From Chloroflexota bacterium (GTDB lineage Bacteria > Chloroflexota > Chloroflexia > QHBQ01): 64,000 nucleotides of DNA. The stretch spans positions 1 to 64,000 of the forward strand of contig JAYUUN010000120.1 in NCBI GenBank assembly GCA_043754535.1, in the 5' to 3' direction. Shown piece by piece: positions 11,205 through 22,750 of the stretch (within the stretch, counting starts at the first letter, position 1; each line of letters begins with the position of its first letter). The notes below the pieces were generated by a model. That model ran no database searches. It had not been told where the DNA came from and saw only the letters and a list, made by a program, of their open reading frames with translations. The position numbers were made by a program, and so were the translations under genes.

Positions 11205-11415
11205 TCATCCTCACTGGTTGTACGAGCGTTCTGCTCCAACACCTGGTTTTGCCACCTCCCAATTACGCTAACCCTCTTATCGAAGTTTCCCATAGGGCCG
11301 CTAGTACTTGTAATTGTGGCACGGCATTTACATTATAGCCAACAAGCCCATGAGGGCTACCACCGAGAACAAGCTATGGCAGCCGCTGCCTGGTGCAGCA
11401 CCAGAGTTATAGGAG

Positions 11416-12277
11416 ATGACAGAAATGAGCGACAACACCCACAACAACTCGGAGACGTACAGAGGTTCCACGTTCACCAACCTGAATGAGATCAAGACCG
11501 GCTACGAAGTTTATGGCATGGACAACCAGACGTTCGGCACCGTGGAGAAGGTACTGAGTGATGGTATCCAGGTCAACGGCCAGCGTATTGCCACCGCCGC
11601 CATTGCCCGTGTAGAGAACAAGCGCGTCCACCTCCAGGTAGCTGGGGCTGACTATCTTAAGGACGGCGTGCTGCGAGTGCCGATCATCGAGGAGCGGCTG
11701 ACGGTCGGCAAGCGCACGGTTGAGGCCGGGGCCGCCAAATCCGCAAGGCCGTAACCAGCGAGGAGCAGATGGTACCGATTGACCTGATGCGCGAGAAGTC
11801 AGCGTCCAGACCAACGAATTGAACCGCTCTCTCACCGCCGCAGAGGCTGCTAACGCCTTCCAGGAGGGTGTGATCTGCGTGCCAGTGCGTCAGGAGGAGG
11901 CCGTCGTTGCCAAGGAAGCAGTGGTTACTGGTGAGGTCGTTGTCAACAAGACGCAGACCAGTGAGCGGCAGCAGATCACCGACACCGTGCGACGGGTGCG
12001 CGTGGATGTGGACAACAACTACACCCAGTATCGCAACCGCTACGAGCAGCAGTTCCAGGCGAATCAGGGCCAGTACGCCAGCACCTCTTTCAGCGAGGCT
12101 GAGCCGAACTTCCAGGTTGGCTATACCGCCGCCCGTGGTGCTCGCAACAAGGGCCGCAAGTTCAACGAGGTCGAGAGCGACATCCGCTCCACCTACTATG
12201 GCGACAGCAGCAACGATGAGTGGAAGCGGCTCCGCGAGGAAGTCCGTACCGCCTACGATGATGTGCAGAACGGCTAG
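11416..12277 (+). pseudogene. YsnF/AvaK (DUF2382) stress protein with two 1-nt deletions
   Basis: VPIIEERLTVGKRTVEAG / IRKAVTSEEQMVPIDLMRE / VPVRQEEAVVAKEAVVTGEVVVNK spread over three frames, with shifts near 11735 and 11795. Confidence 0.75.
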
Positions 12278-12308
12278 TCCAACCCTTTAGCTAAAGCTAG
12301 AGATACGG

Positions 12309-12350
12309 CGGGCAGGCGCGACTACAAACGCGCTGCCCGCCCTTCGTTTT
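12309..12350 (+). terminator. Probable intrinsic terminator
   Basis: CGGGCAGGCGCG..CGCGCTGCCCG hairpin followed by CCTTCGTTTT. Confidence 0.55.
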
Positions 12351-12446
12351 GCCTCGATTTGACGACAGTACCCGTCGCCTACCCTCTTGCGCTGCAATGG
12401 TGTATAATAGGCCAAACTTCTGTTCGCAACTAGATGAGGAGCGACA

Positions 12447-13646
12447 ATGGCACGGAGCAAGAATGTAATGACCACCCGCACGATGCTAGGTGCGGGGTTG
12501 GCGGCGGGTGCAACGGTGGGCGCACTAGTTTCGGCCACGCGTAGCGGCCAGCGCAAGATTGGCACCCCTACGCTGATCAATTGGCAGCGGGCCAGGCAGG
12601 TCGCCGCCCTGCTCAACCGCGACGATCCCTTTGCCAACCAGCCGAAGGCAGAGTTCACCCGTTATTACGCTCAGCTAGTCAAGCAGGCCGCCCCTCTGGT
12701 TGCCGAGGCGATTGGCAGCAAGGTGGCAGTACCCAGCTTGCAGGTAGCGGCGGTCAGCAGGGCGCAGTGGGTAGCGGCTAACATCCACAGCTTCCGCAAC
12801 CTGTTCGACCCAATCGACCAATTCCACCTGGAGAGCTTGCAGCAGTCGGGTGCAGCGGGCAGCCTACCAAACCTGGTAGTGGGCAGCCTCAACCAGCTAG
12901 TACTCAGTGCCGAACTCGGCACCCTGCTGGGCTACCTCAGCAAGCACGTGCTGGGCCAGTACGACATCAGCTTGCTGGGAGCAGAGGCGGATCGTGGCAA
13001 GCTGTTCTTCGTTGAGCCGAATATCGCAGCTACCCAGCAGCAATTGGGGCTGGATGCCGACGACTTCCGCCTCTGGATTGCCTTGCACGAGGTTACACAC
13101 GCCTACCAGTTTGAGGCGCACCCGTGGCTGCGCCCCTACTTCAACGGCTTGCTTGGCGAATACTTCGATCACCTCAAGGGCGACCTCGGCGCAATGCGTG
13201 ATAGTGGCTTCAGTCTCGGCAATATCATAGGCCGGGTGCGCGAGGGCCGCGACGAGGGGCGGGGCTGGCTGGAAGCAGTGATGACCCCACCGCAGCGCGA
13301 CCTCTTTCAGCGAATGCAGTCGTTGATGACCATGGTCGAGGGCTACGGCAACTACGTGATGAACAGCGTTGGGGCGCGCCTGCTGCCCAGCTATGAGTTC
13401 ATCCACGAGCGGGTTGAACACCGCCAGGGCAACCGCCGGGTAGTCGAGCGGCTGTTCATGCGTGTGACGGGCATGGCTCTAAAGATGGAGCAGTATGCCC
13501 TCGGCGAAGCCTTCATCAACCACGTGGTCGAGAGTCGCGGCCCAGCCTTTGCCCCCCGCATCTGGCGTGGTCCAGACTACATCCCCACCACTGCCGAACT
13601 GAAGGATCACGAAGCGTGGATCGCCCGCGTCGAGAAGCTGGGCTGA
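12447..13646 (+). CDS. Zinc-dependent metalloprotease (Zincin_2, 'F420 biosynthesis-associated hydrolase' family)
   Basis: VLGQYD, FVEPNI, WIALHEVTH (HExxH), MTMVEGY and KMEQYALGEAF motifs. Confidence 0.85.
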   Translation: MARSKNVMTTRTMLGAGLAAGATVGALVSATRSGQRKIGTPTLINWQRARQVAALLNRDDPFANQPKAEFTRYYAQLVKQAAPLVAEAIGSKVAVPSLQVAAVSRAQWVAANIHSFRNLFDPIDQFHLESLQQSGAAGSLPNLVVGSLNQLVLSAELGTLLGYLSKHVLGQYDISLLGAEADRGKLFFVEPNIAATQQQLGLDADDFRLWIALHEVTHAYQFEAHPWLRPYFNGLLGEYFDHLKGDLGAMRDSGFSLGNIIGRVREGRDEGRGWLEAVMTPPQRDLFQRMQSLMTMVEGYGNYVMNSVGARLLPSYEFIHERVEHRQGNRRVVERLFMRVTGMALKMEQYALGEAFINHVVESRGPAFAPRIWRGPDYIPTTAELKDHEAWIARVEKLG

Positions 13647-13672
13647 TCCGCTAACAGGAAGGAGGGCGGGCC

Positions 13673-14893
13673 ATGCCCTTCGATGCAGGTACTGTCGCCA
13701 CCAAAATCAACAAGACCGCCGAGGAAGCACGGGGCAAATTGGCCGAGCAGGAGCAGGCCCGCTTGCTGGTTGCGCGCCTCTACATCGCTGCCAGCGAGAG
13801 TAGCGACAGGCTGGCTGAGTGGAGTGAAGCCGTAATCCAGGCCGAGCAGCACACCTACAGCAGCTACGCTTTGCCAGTGCAGACAACCAGCCCCAACGCC
13901 TTGGACTACCCCCTCCACCCCCCGTTCGATGAGCTAGGCTACCGGGTCGTTGCCACCGACTCGTCGTTCATCGAAGCTGACAAGCACCGGGGGGCATTCT
14001 GCCACCTGATCAACGTCGCGCAGGCGATGATCAAGTATGGCGACGAACAGGAAGCCCTGGTCGAGGCAATCCCCCACCACTACCCAGACTATCTGCTGCC
14101 GCGAGCGCGCCGCCGGGTCGATCCAGAGCGCGTGATGCAGGTGCAGTGCGCCGCCCATGAGATCAAAGCCCTCTATGCGATGGCCCAGAGTTATGACGAC
14201 CTCAGCCTGGCGATCTTTGACGGCCCACTCAACCAGACCCTCGCCCGCCTCAATGGTGCCGAGAGCAAGGCCGACGCTGGCGGCGACAGAGAGTTGAACG
14301 ACCTGTTGGCGGGCTTCGACGACACAGTTAAAGACTTTGCCCGCCAGCTACACACCCCGATAGTTGGCTACAACAGCCGCACTAAATCTGATCTGGTGAT
14401 CCGCTCTCTGGAGGAAGCACTCAGCGCGGGCTTCTTCAGCGACCTGAGCGACACGGAGCATCGCCTGCTCCAGTCTGCTCTTGGCTACCTGGACGATGGC
14501 GACCTCTTCAGCGTGCTGCTGGCCCCCGGCGAACGGTCGCTAGCCTTCACTGCCTGGCAGCCAGCCAAGAACAAGCGCAAGGACTTGAGCGAGAATCGCA
14601 TCCCGATCATCAGCTTCTACCTAGGCGTTGGCGACGGGGCGGCTACTGGTGTGGAGCGGATCGACACCCTGGCCGACTTCGGCCCGCAACTGGACACGAT
14701 CCAGCGGGTATTGGTCAGCCAGTGCAGCCTGGGCAATGGCTACCCGCCTGTGCTGAACCTGGCCGACCGCTACGCCTTCCTTACGCGGGGGGGCGACCGC
14801 GAGACGTATTTTGCTTTGCTAGAGAACGAGGGCTTGCTCAAGCCTCCCTCGCTCAAGAGCAAAGATAAGCAGAACAGTGGGAGGAACGTGTGA
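13673..14893 (+). CDS. nurA: NurA-family DNA double-strand break repair nuclease
   Basis: VVATDSS and IFDGPL acidic motifs, IVGY, L.PGERS and C-terminal GYPPVL. Adjacent to HAS-barrel and herA genes. Confidence 0.8.
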   Translation: MPFDAGTVATKINKTAEEARGKLAEQEQARLLVARLYIAASESSDRLAEWSEAVIQAEQHTYSSYALPVQTTSPNALDYPLHPPFDELGYRVVATDSSFIEADKHRGAFCHLINVAQAMIKYGDEQEALVEAIPHHYPDYLLPRARRRVDPERVMQVQCAAHEIKALYAMAQSYDDLSLAIFDGPLNQTLARLNGAESKADAGGDRELNDLLAGFDDTVKDFARQLHTPIVGYNSRTKSDLVIRSLEEALSAGFFSDLSDTEHRLLQSALGYLDDGDLFSVLLAPGERSLAFTAWQPAKNKRKDLSENRIPIISFYLGVGDGAATGVERIDTLADFGPQLDTIQRVLVSQCSLGNGYPPVLNLADRYAFLTRGGDRETYFALLENEGLLKPPSLKSKDKQNSGRNV

Positions 14894-15534
14894 GCATACG
14901 CACAACAGTTGGCGAGATAGTGACCGCCGAGTACAACAACTTCTGCGCCGAGAGCTTTGAGTTGAATCAGGCTCCCCCACTGGGCGGTCTGGTGGTCGCC
15001 GATGGGGTGGTGGGCCTGCTCTACAGCGTGCATACCGAGCGGCTAGGCGATAGCAGGCGCAAGGGTGATGGCACTGGCGACGAGGATGCCGTCTACAAGC
15101 AGCACCCTGAGCTAAAGTTCATCCTGCGGACGCAGTTTACCAGCCTCTGCCTCGGCTGCTACGACGGTCTGCGCCCGCAGCACTTCTATCCTGAACGCCC
15201 GCCACGCATCCACTATCCCGTTTATCTGTTGGCCGAGAGCGAGCTGCTGACCTTCACCGCGAAGCCCACCTACCTGCGGGCCGCCCTCAACGCCAACGAG
15301 CCAAGCGTGGATCAGGCGATCATCCGTCTGCTCTACAAGGGCTACCAGCTACGCGGAGCCGAAGCGGGCTGGGCCTATCTGCTGGATGCCAGCGAGTTCC
15401 TCGGTCGGCTGCTCAAGGGCCAGTACAACCGCCTGCTGGCGATCCTCGAAACCCTGGAGGAGGTGATCGGCGACGAGCAGCCCGCCCAGCGCACCGAGAT
15501 CGTGCGTGGGGTCGGCAACCTGCTCAACGTTTAG
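14890..15534 (+). CDS. Stand-alone HAS-barrel-like protein of nurA-herA loci
   Basis: VGEIV...F.AES.EL..APPLGGLV, YKQHPEL..LRTQF and PPRIHYPV. Translationally coupled to nurA (GTGA). Confidence 0.7.
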   Translation: MSIRTTVGEIVTAEYNNFCAESFELNQAPPLGGLVVADGVVGLLYSVHTERLGDSRRKGDGTGDEDAVYKQHPELKFILRTQFTSLCLGCYDGLRPQHFYPERPPRIHYPVYLLAESELLTFTAKPTYLRAALNANEPSVDQAIIRLLYKGYQLRGAEAGWAYLLDASEFLGRLLKGQYNRLLAILETLEEVIGDEQPAQRTEIVRGVGNLLNV

Positions 15535-15552
15535 CCCAGTCGCGGGCCAGGC

Positions 15553-15586
15553 AAAAGCCCCTCGCCTGCGAACAGAGGAGGGGCTG
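15553..15586 (-). terminator. Terminator between convergent genes
   Basis: Minus strand AGCCCCTC...GAGGGGCT followed by TTT. Confidence 0.6.
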
Positions 15587-15601
15587 CGGTTGCAACGGCT
15601 A

Positions 15602-15793
15602 CTAGACCTTGAAGTTGTCGCGGTTGTAGTATTCGGTGGTGCGCTTGCCGTCGGCCTTGACGATCTTCAGCACGACCAGCTTACGCTGCGGGATCGGCTT
15701 GCCGTCGACCTTGCAGGTGTGACCGCTGGGGGTATCATCCACCTTGCCAGTAGGCACCGTCTTGGAGAGCTTAACGTCCTTCTTGCCAGCCAT
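15602..15793 (-). CDS. Small basic 63-aa hypothetical protein
   Basis: AAAGGA RBS, TGCTATAAT promoter near 15893, strong GC3 bias and its own terminator. Confidence 0.7.
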   Translation of the reverse strand: MAGKKDVKLSKTVPTGKVDDTPSGHTCKVDGKPIPQRKLVVLKIVKADGKRTTEYYNRDNFKV

Positions 15794-15998
15794 TGTCTAA
15801 TTCCTTTCTTGCGCTCCCGGCCCCTTGCGGTCGGCACGAGTTCACCTGGGTTATGGGGTAAAAAACGACGCTGTGCGCGTCTTGTCAGGTTATTATAGCA
15901 GAAAAACCGTCCCGGCGCAACGTCTGTGCCGCTAGAGTTGCATTATACCACTTCCCCACGCAGGGACCAGGGTAGAGAGTTTGAGAGAGGAGCAGGTG

Positions 15999-17642
15999 AT
16001 GAGCAGAGAGCGCAAGGCGATTGGGCAGGTGACGGCGGCAGATAGCGAGAAGGGGGTGACGGTTCATCTGGGCCGCGAACTGCGGGTAGAGCAGTTGCGC
16101 CTCGGCCAGTTTGTGGTGGTAGAGAACCCAGAGGCGCAGTTCTTCGGCACCGTCAGTGGGCTGCGCCTGGGCGCGAACGACGCGGGCGTGACCAGCGACC
16201 CACCCGCGAGCGGCTCCCGATTGGTGCGCGAAGCCCTGGCGCGGGGGACGACCTTCGCCGAGTGTACCATCCACCTCGACCTTGAGGTGACGACCGGCGA
16301 ACGCCAGCCTGCCCGCACCATCCCCAGCCACTTTAGCAGCGTCGCCCTGGCTGACGAGACCGACGTGCAGGTGGTATTCGGCGATGAGCAGAAGGAGGGC
16401 TTCTTCGCGGTCGGTACCCCCTGCGATGCCAGCCGCAAGGAGACGGGTCAGCCAGTCTGCATTGACCTCCGCAAGTTTGTAGAGCGCAGCAACGGTATCT
16501 TTGGTCGCAGCGGCACGGGCAAGAGCATGTTGGCCCGCCTGCTACTCTGCGGGGTGATTGATCGCGGTCAAGCGGTCAACCTGATCTTCGATATGCACAA
16601 CGAGTACGCCACCTACCGCGAGACTGAGGCGGGGTTGAAGGTCAAGGGGCTACGCGACATCTTTGGCGCAAAGAAAATCAAGGTCTACACCCTCGATGCA
16701 GAGTCCAGCCGTCGCTCTGGTCGCTCGAACGACGGCGTGGTGTTGATCCCCTACAGTTCGCTTACTCTCGGCGACCTCGAAGCCCTGGAGGAGGAGATGC
16801 GCCTGAGCGGGCAGGCGGTGACCACTGGCACTCTTTTGCAGCGCAAGTGGGGCCGCGATTGGATCGGCAGGCTGGTGGCGGACGACCGCGACGCGAAGGA
16901 GATCAGCGAGGAGACGGGGGCTAACAGCGGCAGCATTGACGCGCTCCGCCGCAGCCTGCAAAAGTTGGAACGCTTTGACTTCATGGTACAGGGCAGCAAG
17001 GACGACTCTGGGATCAAGCGGATGATCGACGAACTCAAGCAGGGTAACAACGTGATTTTGGAGTTCGGCAGGCACGAGTCCACTCTCGCCTATATGCTGG
17101 TCTCCACCCTGGTCACCCGCCAGATACACGAGGCCTGGGTGGATCAGTCAGAGCGGTATGAGCGCAGCCAGAGCAAGGCGGACAAGCCGCAGCAGCTAGT
17201 AATTACCATCGAAGAAGCGCACAAGTTCCTCAACAACAAGGATACTATCTTCGGCACAATTGCGCGGGAGATGCGGAAGTACGCCGTGACCTTGCTGATC
17301 ATTGACCAGCGGCCTAGCAGCATTGACCCCGACGTGATGAGCCAACTTGGTACCCGCGTCACCGCCCTGCTCTCCGACGCACACGATATTGAGGCAGTCT
17401 TCACTGGGGTATATGGTGGCCGCCACCTGAAGGATACGCTGGCGACCCTGGACACCCGACAGGAGGCGTTGGTCTTTGGTCATGCGGTGCCTATGGCGGT
17501 GGCGATCCACACCCGCAGCTTCGACGACAAGTTCACCAATGGGCTGAATACACGGCTGGGCAGTGGCCGCGACCCCCGCACGGTCGGCTCGAACGGCAAC
17601 GGTAATGGCAGCCACGAGGCCGAGGAGGACTTGTTCGGCTAA
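15999..17642 (+). CDS. herA: HerA-family helicase/translocase ATPase
   Basis: N-terminal HAS barrel, Walker [17 protein letters not shown], Walker [16 protein letters not shown] and DQRPS. Confidence 0.9.
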   Translation: MSRERKAIGQVTAADSEKGVTVHLGRELRVEQLRLGQFVVVENPEAQFFGTVSGLRLGANDAGVTSDPPASGSRLVREALARGTTFAECTIHLDLEVTTGERQPARTIPSHFSSVALADETDVQVVFGDEQKEGFFAVGTPCDASRKETGQPVCIDLRKFVERSNGIFGRSGTGKSMLARLLLCGVIDRGQAVNLIFDMHNEYATYRETEAGLKVKGLRDIFGAKKIKVYTLDAESSRRSGRSNDGVVLIPYSSLTLGDLEALEEEMRLSGQAVTTGTLLQRKWGRDWIGRLVADDRDAKEISEETGANSGSIDALRRSLQKLERFDFMVQGSKDDSGIKRMIDELKQGNNVILEFGRHESTLAYMLVSTLVTRQIHEAWVDQSERYERSQSKADKPQQLVITIEEAHKFLNNKDTIFGTIAREMRKYAVTLLIIDQRPSSIDPDVMSQLGTRVTALLSDAHDIEAVFTGVYGGRHLKDTLATLDTRQEALVFGHAVPMAVAIHTRSFDDKFTNGLNTRLGSGRDPRTVGSNGNGNGSHEAEEDLFG

Positions 17643-18469
17643 GGCTGCCAGACCCACATATCGCGGATGTAGGCGACTTCGTAGCCATTGCGCTCTAGGT
17701 TGCGTTGGGCCAACGAGGCGGTAGGAGCCTGGGCGTAGATCGTTTGCGCCCCCAGGCTGATCGCCTCCTGGGTACGGCGGCGGACAAGGGCAGTATGCGC
17801 GCCCCTACCGCGCCACCCGCTTTCGGTGCAGGCAAAGTAGAGGCCAGCCCGTTCGCCAGCGTGTAGCAACACGCCCGCACCAATCGGGGTGTCGCCCAGC
17901 CAGGCAAAGTAGACGCGAGCGCAGGCTGCGATGCTCAAGCGCGGCATGGTCGCCATTAGCACCTTCTCTGCGCTGCCCTTCGCCCCCCAGCAGCCGCCGA
18001 GGATGTGGCCCAGCAGACGCGTTTCGCCCGCCACTAGCTTTCGCACCGCCAGGCCAGGGCGGTCGTGGATACGCCAGGTAGTGGTATCGGCCAGCAGCAG
18101 CACGCTGACCTGCCCTTGCAGGCGGAAGCCCCGTGCTTGCAGTAGCCTGCCGCTCGCTTCGTGGTCGCTGACAACCGGCACAGTGCAGCTAGTCTTCAGT
18201 TCGCGCAGCCGCTCCACCAGCGCGTCAAGCTGCCCCGCGCAGGCTGGCTGGCCTATGCCGAGGCCGAGTGCCGTGTTAAAGAGGGAGAGACCAGGCGCAA
18301 GCGTGCAACTATAGTGCCAGAGACCAGCCACCTGCGTCTGCCCCAGCCCCAGCCGCCCGGCCTCGCGCTCGCAGGCAGAGAAGATCGCGGCCATGTCCGC
18401 AGCGGCGGCGTTCTCTAGCTTGTATTGTATGGAGTCTGGACTTTGCAGAGCGGTAGTTTTGTCTTCCAT
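17639..18469 (-). CDS. GNAT-family acetyltransferase
   Basis: [11 protein letters not shown] and [14 protein letters not shown] motifs. Own GGAGGGG RBS before ATG 18469. Confidence 0.8.
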   Translation of the reverse strand: MEDKTTALQSPDSIQYKLENAAAADMAAIFSACEREAGRLGLGQTQVAGLWHYSCTLAPGLSLFNTALGLGIGQPACAGQLDALVERLRELKTSCTVPVVSDHEASGRLLQARGFRLQGQVSVLLLADTTTWRIHDRPGLAVRKLVAGETRLLGHILGGCWGAKGSAEKVLMATMPRLSIAACARVYFAWLGDTPIGAGVLLHAGERAGLYFACTESGWRGRGAHTALVRRRTQEAISLGAQTIYAQAPTASLAQRNLERNGYEVAYIRDMWVWQP

Positions 18470-18482
18470 CCCTATCCCCTCC

Positions 18483-18516
18483 AAAAAGAGAGGGCTGTAA
18501 CTTGAAGCCACAGCCC
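18483..18516 (-). terminator. Intrinsic terminator after icd
   Basis: Minus strand GGGCTGTGGC-TTCAA-GTTACAGCCC followed by TCTCTTTTT. It sits inside the supposed icd-GNAT 'linker'. Confidence 0.75.
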
Positions 18517-18541
18517 GAATGCGAGAGCCTACCCTGAAGCC

Positions 18542-19621
18542 TAAGCGTTGCAGTTTGGCGATCAGCGCGTCGGCTACCTGCGCGGTGCCGACAGCGGTAG
18601 GGTCGTTGCGGTCAGGCTTCATGTCGTAGGTTACATCCTTGCCCTCGGCGATCAGTTCGCTCATCGCGGCTTCCAGGCGGCGGGCCGCGTGGTGTTCGCC
18701 CAGGTGACTGAGCATCATCACCCCGCTGAACATCTCGGCCAGGGGATTGACCCGGTTCTGGCCTGCGTAGTGCGGTGCGCTACCGTGCGTCGGCTCGAAG
18801 ATCGCCACGTCGGTGCCAATGTTCGCGCCAGGGGCCACCCCCAGGCCGCCGATCAGCCCCGCCCCCAGGTCGCTCAGGATGTCGCCGTAGAGGTTGGGCA
18901 GTACCAGCACATCATACTGCTCTGGCTTCTGCACCAGTTGCATACACATATTGTCCACGATGCGATCATCAAAGGCGATGTCGCTGTACTCCTTTGCCAC
19001 CCCCTGCGCAGTAGCGAGAAACAGGCCGTCAGTGGCCTTCATGATGTTTGCTTTATGCACAGCAGTGACCCGTTTGCGTCCATTCTTGCGCGCATACTCG
19101 AAGGCGAAGCGAACCACCCGCTCGCTGCCGAAGCTGGAAATCGGCTTGATGCTGATCGCCGAGTCGGGTCGGATGGTAGAGCCGTGAGCAGCGAACCAGG
19201 CAATCAACTCCCGCGCCTCTGGAGTGTCCTTGTTGTACTCTATCCCAGCGTACAAATCCTCGGTGTTCTCGCGCACTATCACCAGGTCAATGTCGGTGTA
19301 GCGCGAGCGCACTCCTTTGTAGCTCTTGCAGGGGCGCACACAGGCGTAGAGGTCAAGTGCCTTACGGAGCGCAACGTTGACGCTGCGAAAGCCCTTGCCA
19401 ACCGGGGTGGTAATCGGCCCCTTGATCGCTACTTTGGTGCGGCGCACGCTGTCCAACACCGCGTCGGGCAGTACCTGGCCTGTTTTTGCCAGCGCACCCA
19501 GACCCGCATCCTGAACATCCCAGTTGAATTGTACGCCAGTCGCTTCCAGCACGCGCCTGGTAGCCGCGCTGATCTCTGGGCCGGTGCCGTCACCAGGGAT
19601 AAAGGTAACATCATGAGCCAT
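18542..19621 (-). CDS. icd: Isocitrate dehydrogenase (NAD-type isocitrate/isopropylmalate family); ends at in-frame TTA 18544-18542
   Basis: [50 protein letters not shown] and EPTHGSAP motifs. 359 aa to the TTA. AAGGAG RBS. Confidence 0.9.
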
Positions 19622-19779
19622 TATGTTTGTATTGCTCCTTCTCTGCATTGAGTTTGGGGACGGGCCAATTATACTCTGCCCACCGCAGGCTTGCAAACTC
19701 TGTTATAATAAGCTGATCAACGGGCAAGACCCGCTTTTCTTCGCCACCCCACTCACCGCCCGAAAGGTAATGCTAGCCA

Positions 19780-21081
19780 ATGACGATCAAGATGCTGCAC
19801 ATATCCGATGTCCACCTCGGCGTAGAGAAGTATGGCAACCAGGGGGGGTTGACCGGCCAGAGTACTCGCCTCGACGACTTCCTGCGCTCGTTCGACCAGG
19901 CGATTGATGCAGCGATTGAGCGGGAGTGTGACCTGATGGTGTTTGCGGGGGACGCATTCAAGACCCGCGACCCCAACCCCACCGTGCAGCGCGAGTTCGC
20001 CCGTCGCATCATCCGTCTGGTGCAGCACGACATCCCTGCCTTCTTGCTCGTCGGCAACCACGACCTGCCCAATGCCTCAGCCCGCGCCCACACCCTGGAA
20101 ATCTACGACACGCTGAACATCCCCGGCGTGCAGGTGGCTCGCAAGCCGGGCATCTTCCACGTCGCTACCCGCCAGGGTATGGTGCAGGTAGTGGCGATCC
20201 CCTGGGTTACGCCCCACACCCTGCTGACTAAGGAAGAAAACCGCGCCCTGACGATCCAGGAACTGAACGGCTTGATGGCCGATAAGATCGAGGAGATCGT
20301 GGATACACGGGCGCAGGAGCTTGACCTTAACCGACCTGCTATCCTGACTATGCACAATAGCGTGCAGGGGGCTGCCTTCAGCAGCGAGCAGGATATCATG
20401 CTGGGCAATGACGTGATCGTGAGGGCAGACACGATCCGCAAATCTGCTTTCAGCTACGTCGCTCTCGGCCACATCCACAAGTACCAGTTGGTCTGGAACG
20501 AGCCGCTAGCCGTCTACTGCGGCAGCCTGGAGCGCATAGACTTCGGTGAGGAGAAGGAGGACAAGGGCTTCGTGATCGTCAGCTTCGACGAGCGTGAGCA
20601 GGCCGAGGTGGGCCAGAACAGGTGGCGGGCCAGCCACGAGTTCGTCAAGACCGCTGCCCGTCCCTTCCTGACGATCAAGGTGGATGGCAACGTAGCGCAG
20701 CCGACCGAGGCTGTCCTCTACGAGATCGGCAAGCAGGCGAAGAAGCTGCCAGGGGCGGTAGTCAAGGTGATCGTCCGCACCAGCACCGAGTTCGCTGCCG
20801 CTCTGCGCGAGGCCGACATCCGCCGCGCCCTGCACGAGGGGGGGGTTAGCTACATTGCTGCGGTAGTCAAGGACATGGATCGCGGGGAGCGGCTTCGCAG
20901 CAATGACCAGTTGGCCGAGCAGCTTTCACCACATGAGGCACTTGAGCGGTACCTGAAGCACCGCAAGACGGCTCCCGCCCGCGCTAGCACCCTCCTACGC
21001 TACGCGGACGAACTGATCGGGGTTGGTACGCCCACCACTAGCGGCGCAGATCATGGTGACCAGGATGGTACAGGCGAGTTA
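19780..21081 (+). CDS. sbcD: SbcD/Mre11 family metallophosphoesterase nuclease; ends at in-frame TTA 21079-21081
   Basis: HISDVHLG, FAGDAF, VGNHD, ALGHIH and YCGSLERIDFGEE..KGF motifs. Confidence 0.92.
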
Positions 21082-21434
21082 GCTAGCCAGCCGAGCAGCG
21101 TACACTCTCAGCACAGGGTGTTTTGCTTGCCGATCCGCTCTAATGCTTTGCTAATCTGCATGATGCAACCCGATCATGGGTCAACCTGTCACACTATTTA
21201 GTGGACTAGTAGCCAGGAGCAGAAGCGGTGGGTGCCGCGAGTGGGCAAGTGGTCGCTGCTATTGCCTTTATAGTGGCATGTGCTGTTGGCTACTTTATCT
21301 AGTACCTTCTTCCTAACTTTGCTGCTGACCAGCCAATTTTAATGTATTGCCCACCTACTTGTGCTATGCTGTAAGCAAGCCGCTCGGCAACGTCGCTGGG
21401 TGCAGCTACCGCTTCCACTAGAAAGATCACAACC

Positions 21435-22703
21435 ATGAACTATTATCTCCCGCTACAACGGCGTGCGGGCAAGGCGCAGCCCTTCATGTTCGCCACCGGC
21501 ATCGAAAACAGCTACCCTATGATCGTTGGTAGGGACGGCCAGCCCTTCCGGGTAGACGAGATGAGCAAGACTGACCATTACCGTCGCTGGCGCGAAGATT
21601 TCGCCTTGACCAGCGAGATGGGCATTGACTACCTCCGCTACGGCCCCCCTTACTATCAAACCCATGTTGCCCCAGGTGTCTACGACTGGACCTTCAGCGA
21701 TGAGGTATTCGCTGAGTTGCGGCGGCTCAACATCACCCCCATCGTTGACCTCTGCCACTTCGGGGTACCAGAATGGATAGGCAACTTCCAGAACCCCGCC
21801 TGGCCCGCCTACTTCGCTGAATATGCGCGTGCCTTTGCTGAACGCTACCCCTACCTGCACCTCTATACCCCTGTCAACGAAATCTACATCTGTGCCAAGT
21901 TCTCCGCCTTGCATGGCTGGTGGAATGAGCGCAAGAGCGACGACCGCAGCTTCGTTACTGCGCTCAAACATCTGGTGCAGGCCAACATCATGGCCGAAGA
22001 AGCGATCCTCGCCGTGCAACCAACCGCCTACTTCATCCAGAGCGAGTCGGTTGAATACTTCCACCCGACCACTCCTGACCCACACGTGCAGGAGCTTGCC
22101 GAGAAGCTGAACCAGATTCGCTTCCTCTCGCTCGACCTCTCCTACGGCTATCATGGGGTGGGCCAGATTGCCTACGACTACTTGCTCGAAAATGGGGTGA
22201 GCCGCAGCGAGTGCCAGTGGTTCATGGCTCATGGACGCGCCCTGCGCCCACACCAGATCATGGGGACGGACTACTACGCCAGCAACGAGCATATGGTGGA
22301 CATGGATGGGGTAATCAGCCCGGCGTGGGATACCTTCGGCTACTATCTGGTGACAAAGGACTACTATGACCGCTATCGGCTGCCGGTGATGCACACCGAA
22401 ACCAACTACTGCGATGTGGATCAAGCCCCCGGCTGGCTCTGGAAGCAGTGGCGCAACACAATGAAGCTACGTGCAGACGGGGTGCCAATGGTCGGCTTCA
22501 CCTGGTACAGCCTGATCGACCAGGTGGATTGGGATAGCGCACTAACCCACGATGACGGTCACGTGATCCCACTCGGCCTCTACGATATGGATCGCCAGTT
22601 GCGCCCAGTTGGAGTGGCCTATTGCAGGCTAATCGAACAGTGGCAGGCGATGCTGCCTGCTGAACACAGCCACCTTGACCTGCACGCGCCGCTGCCGCTG
22701 TTA
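21435..22703 (+). CDS. Glycoside hydrolase family 1-like beta-glycosidase; ends at in-frame TTA 22701-22703
   Basis: FATGIE, DHYRRWREDF, DLCHFGVP, TPVNE (acid/base), HTETN (nucleophile) and GFTWYSLIDQVDW motifs. Confidence 0.88.
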
Positions 22704-22714
22704 GCCGCTAGTGC

Positions 22715-22750
22715 AAAGCCGCTCCCCCAGCCTGTGGGGAGGGGCTTTTT
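22715..22750 (+). terminator. Intrinsic terminator after the GH1 gene
   Basis: AAAGCCGCTCCCC..GGGGAGGGGCTTTTT, 11 nt after the TTA. Confidence 0.75.

Noticed and set aside
12414..12425. AAAC-N4-GTTC, LexA-box-like site upstream of the zincin-nurA operon
   Set aside because: Imperfect single match, and I saw no similar boxes before herA, sbcD or XPB.
17639..19696. 685-aa Icd-GNAT fusion in the ORF track
   Set aside because: The linker contains a terminator and an RBS after a TTA.
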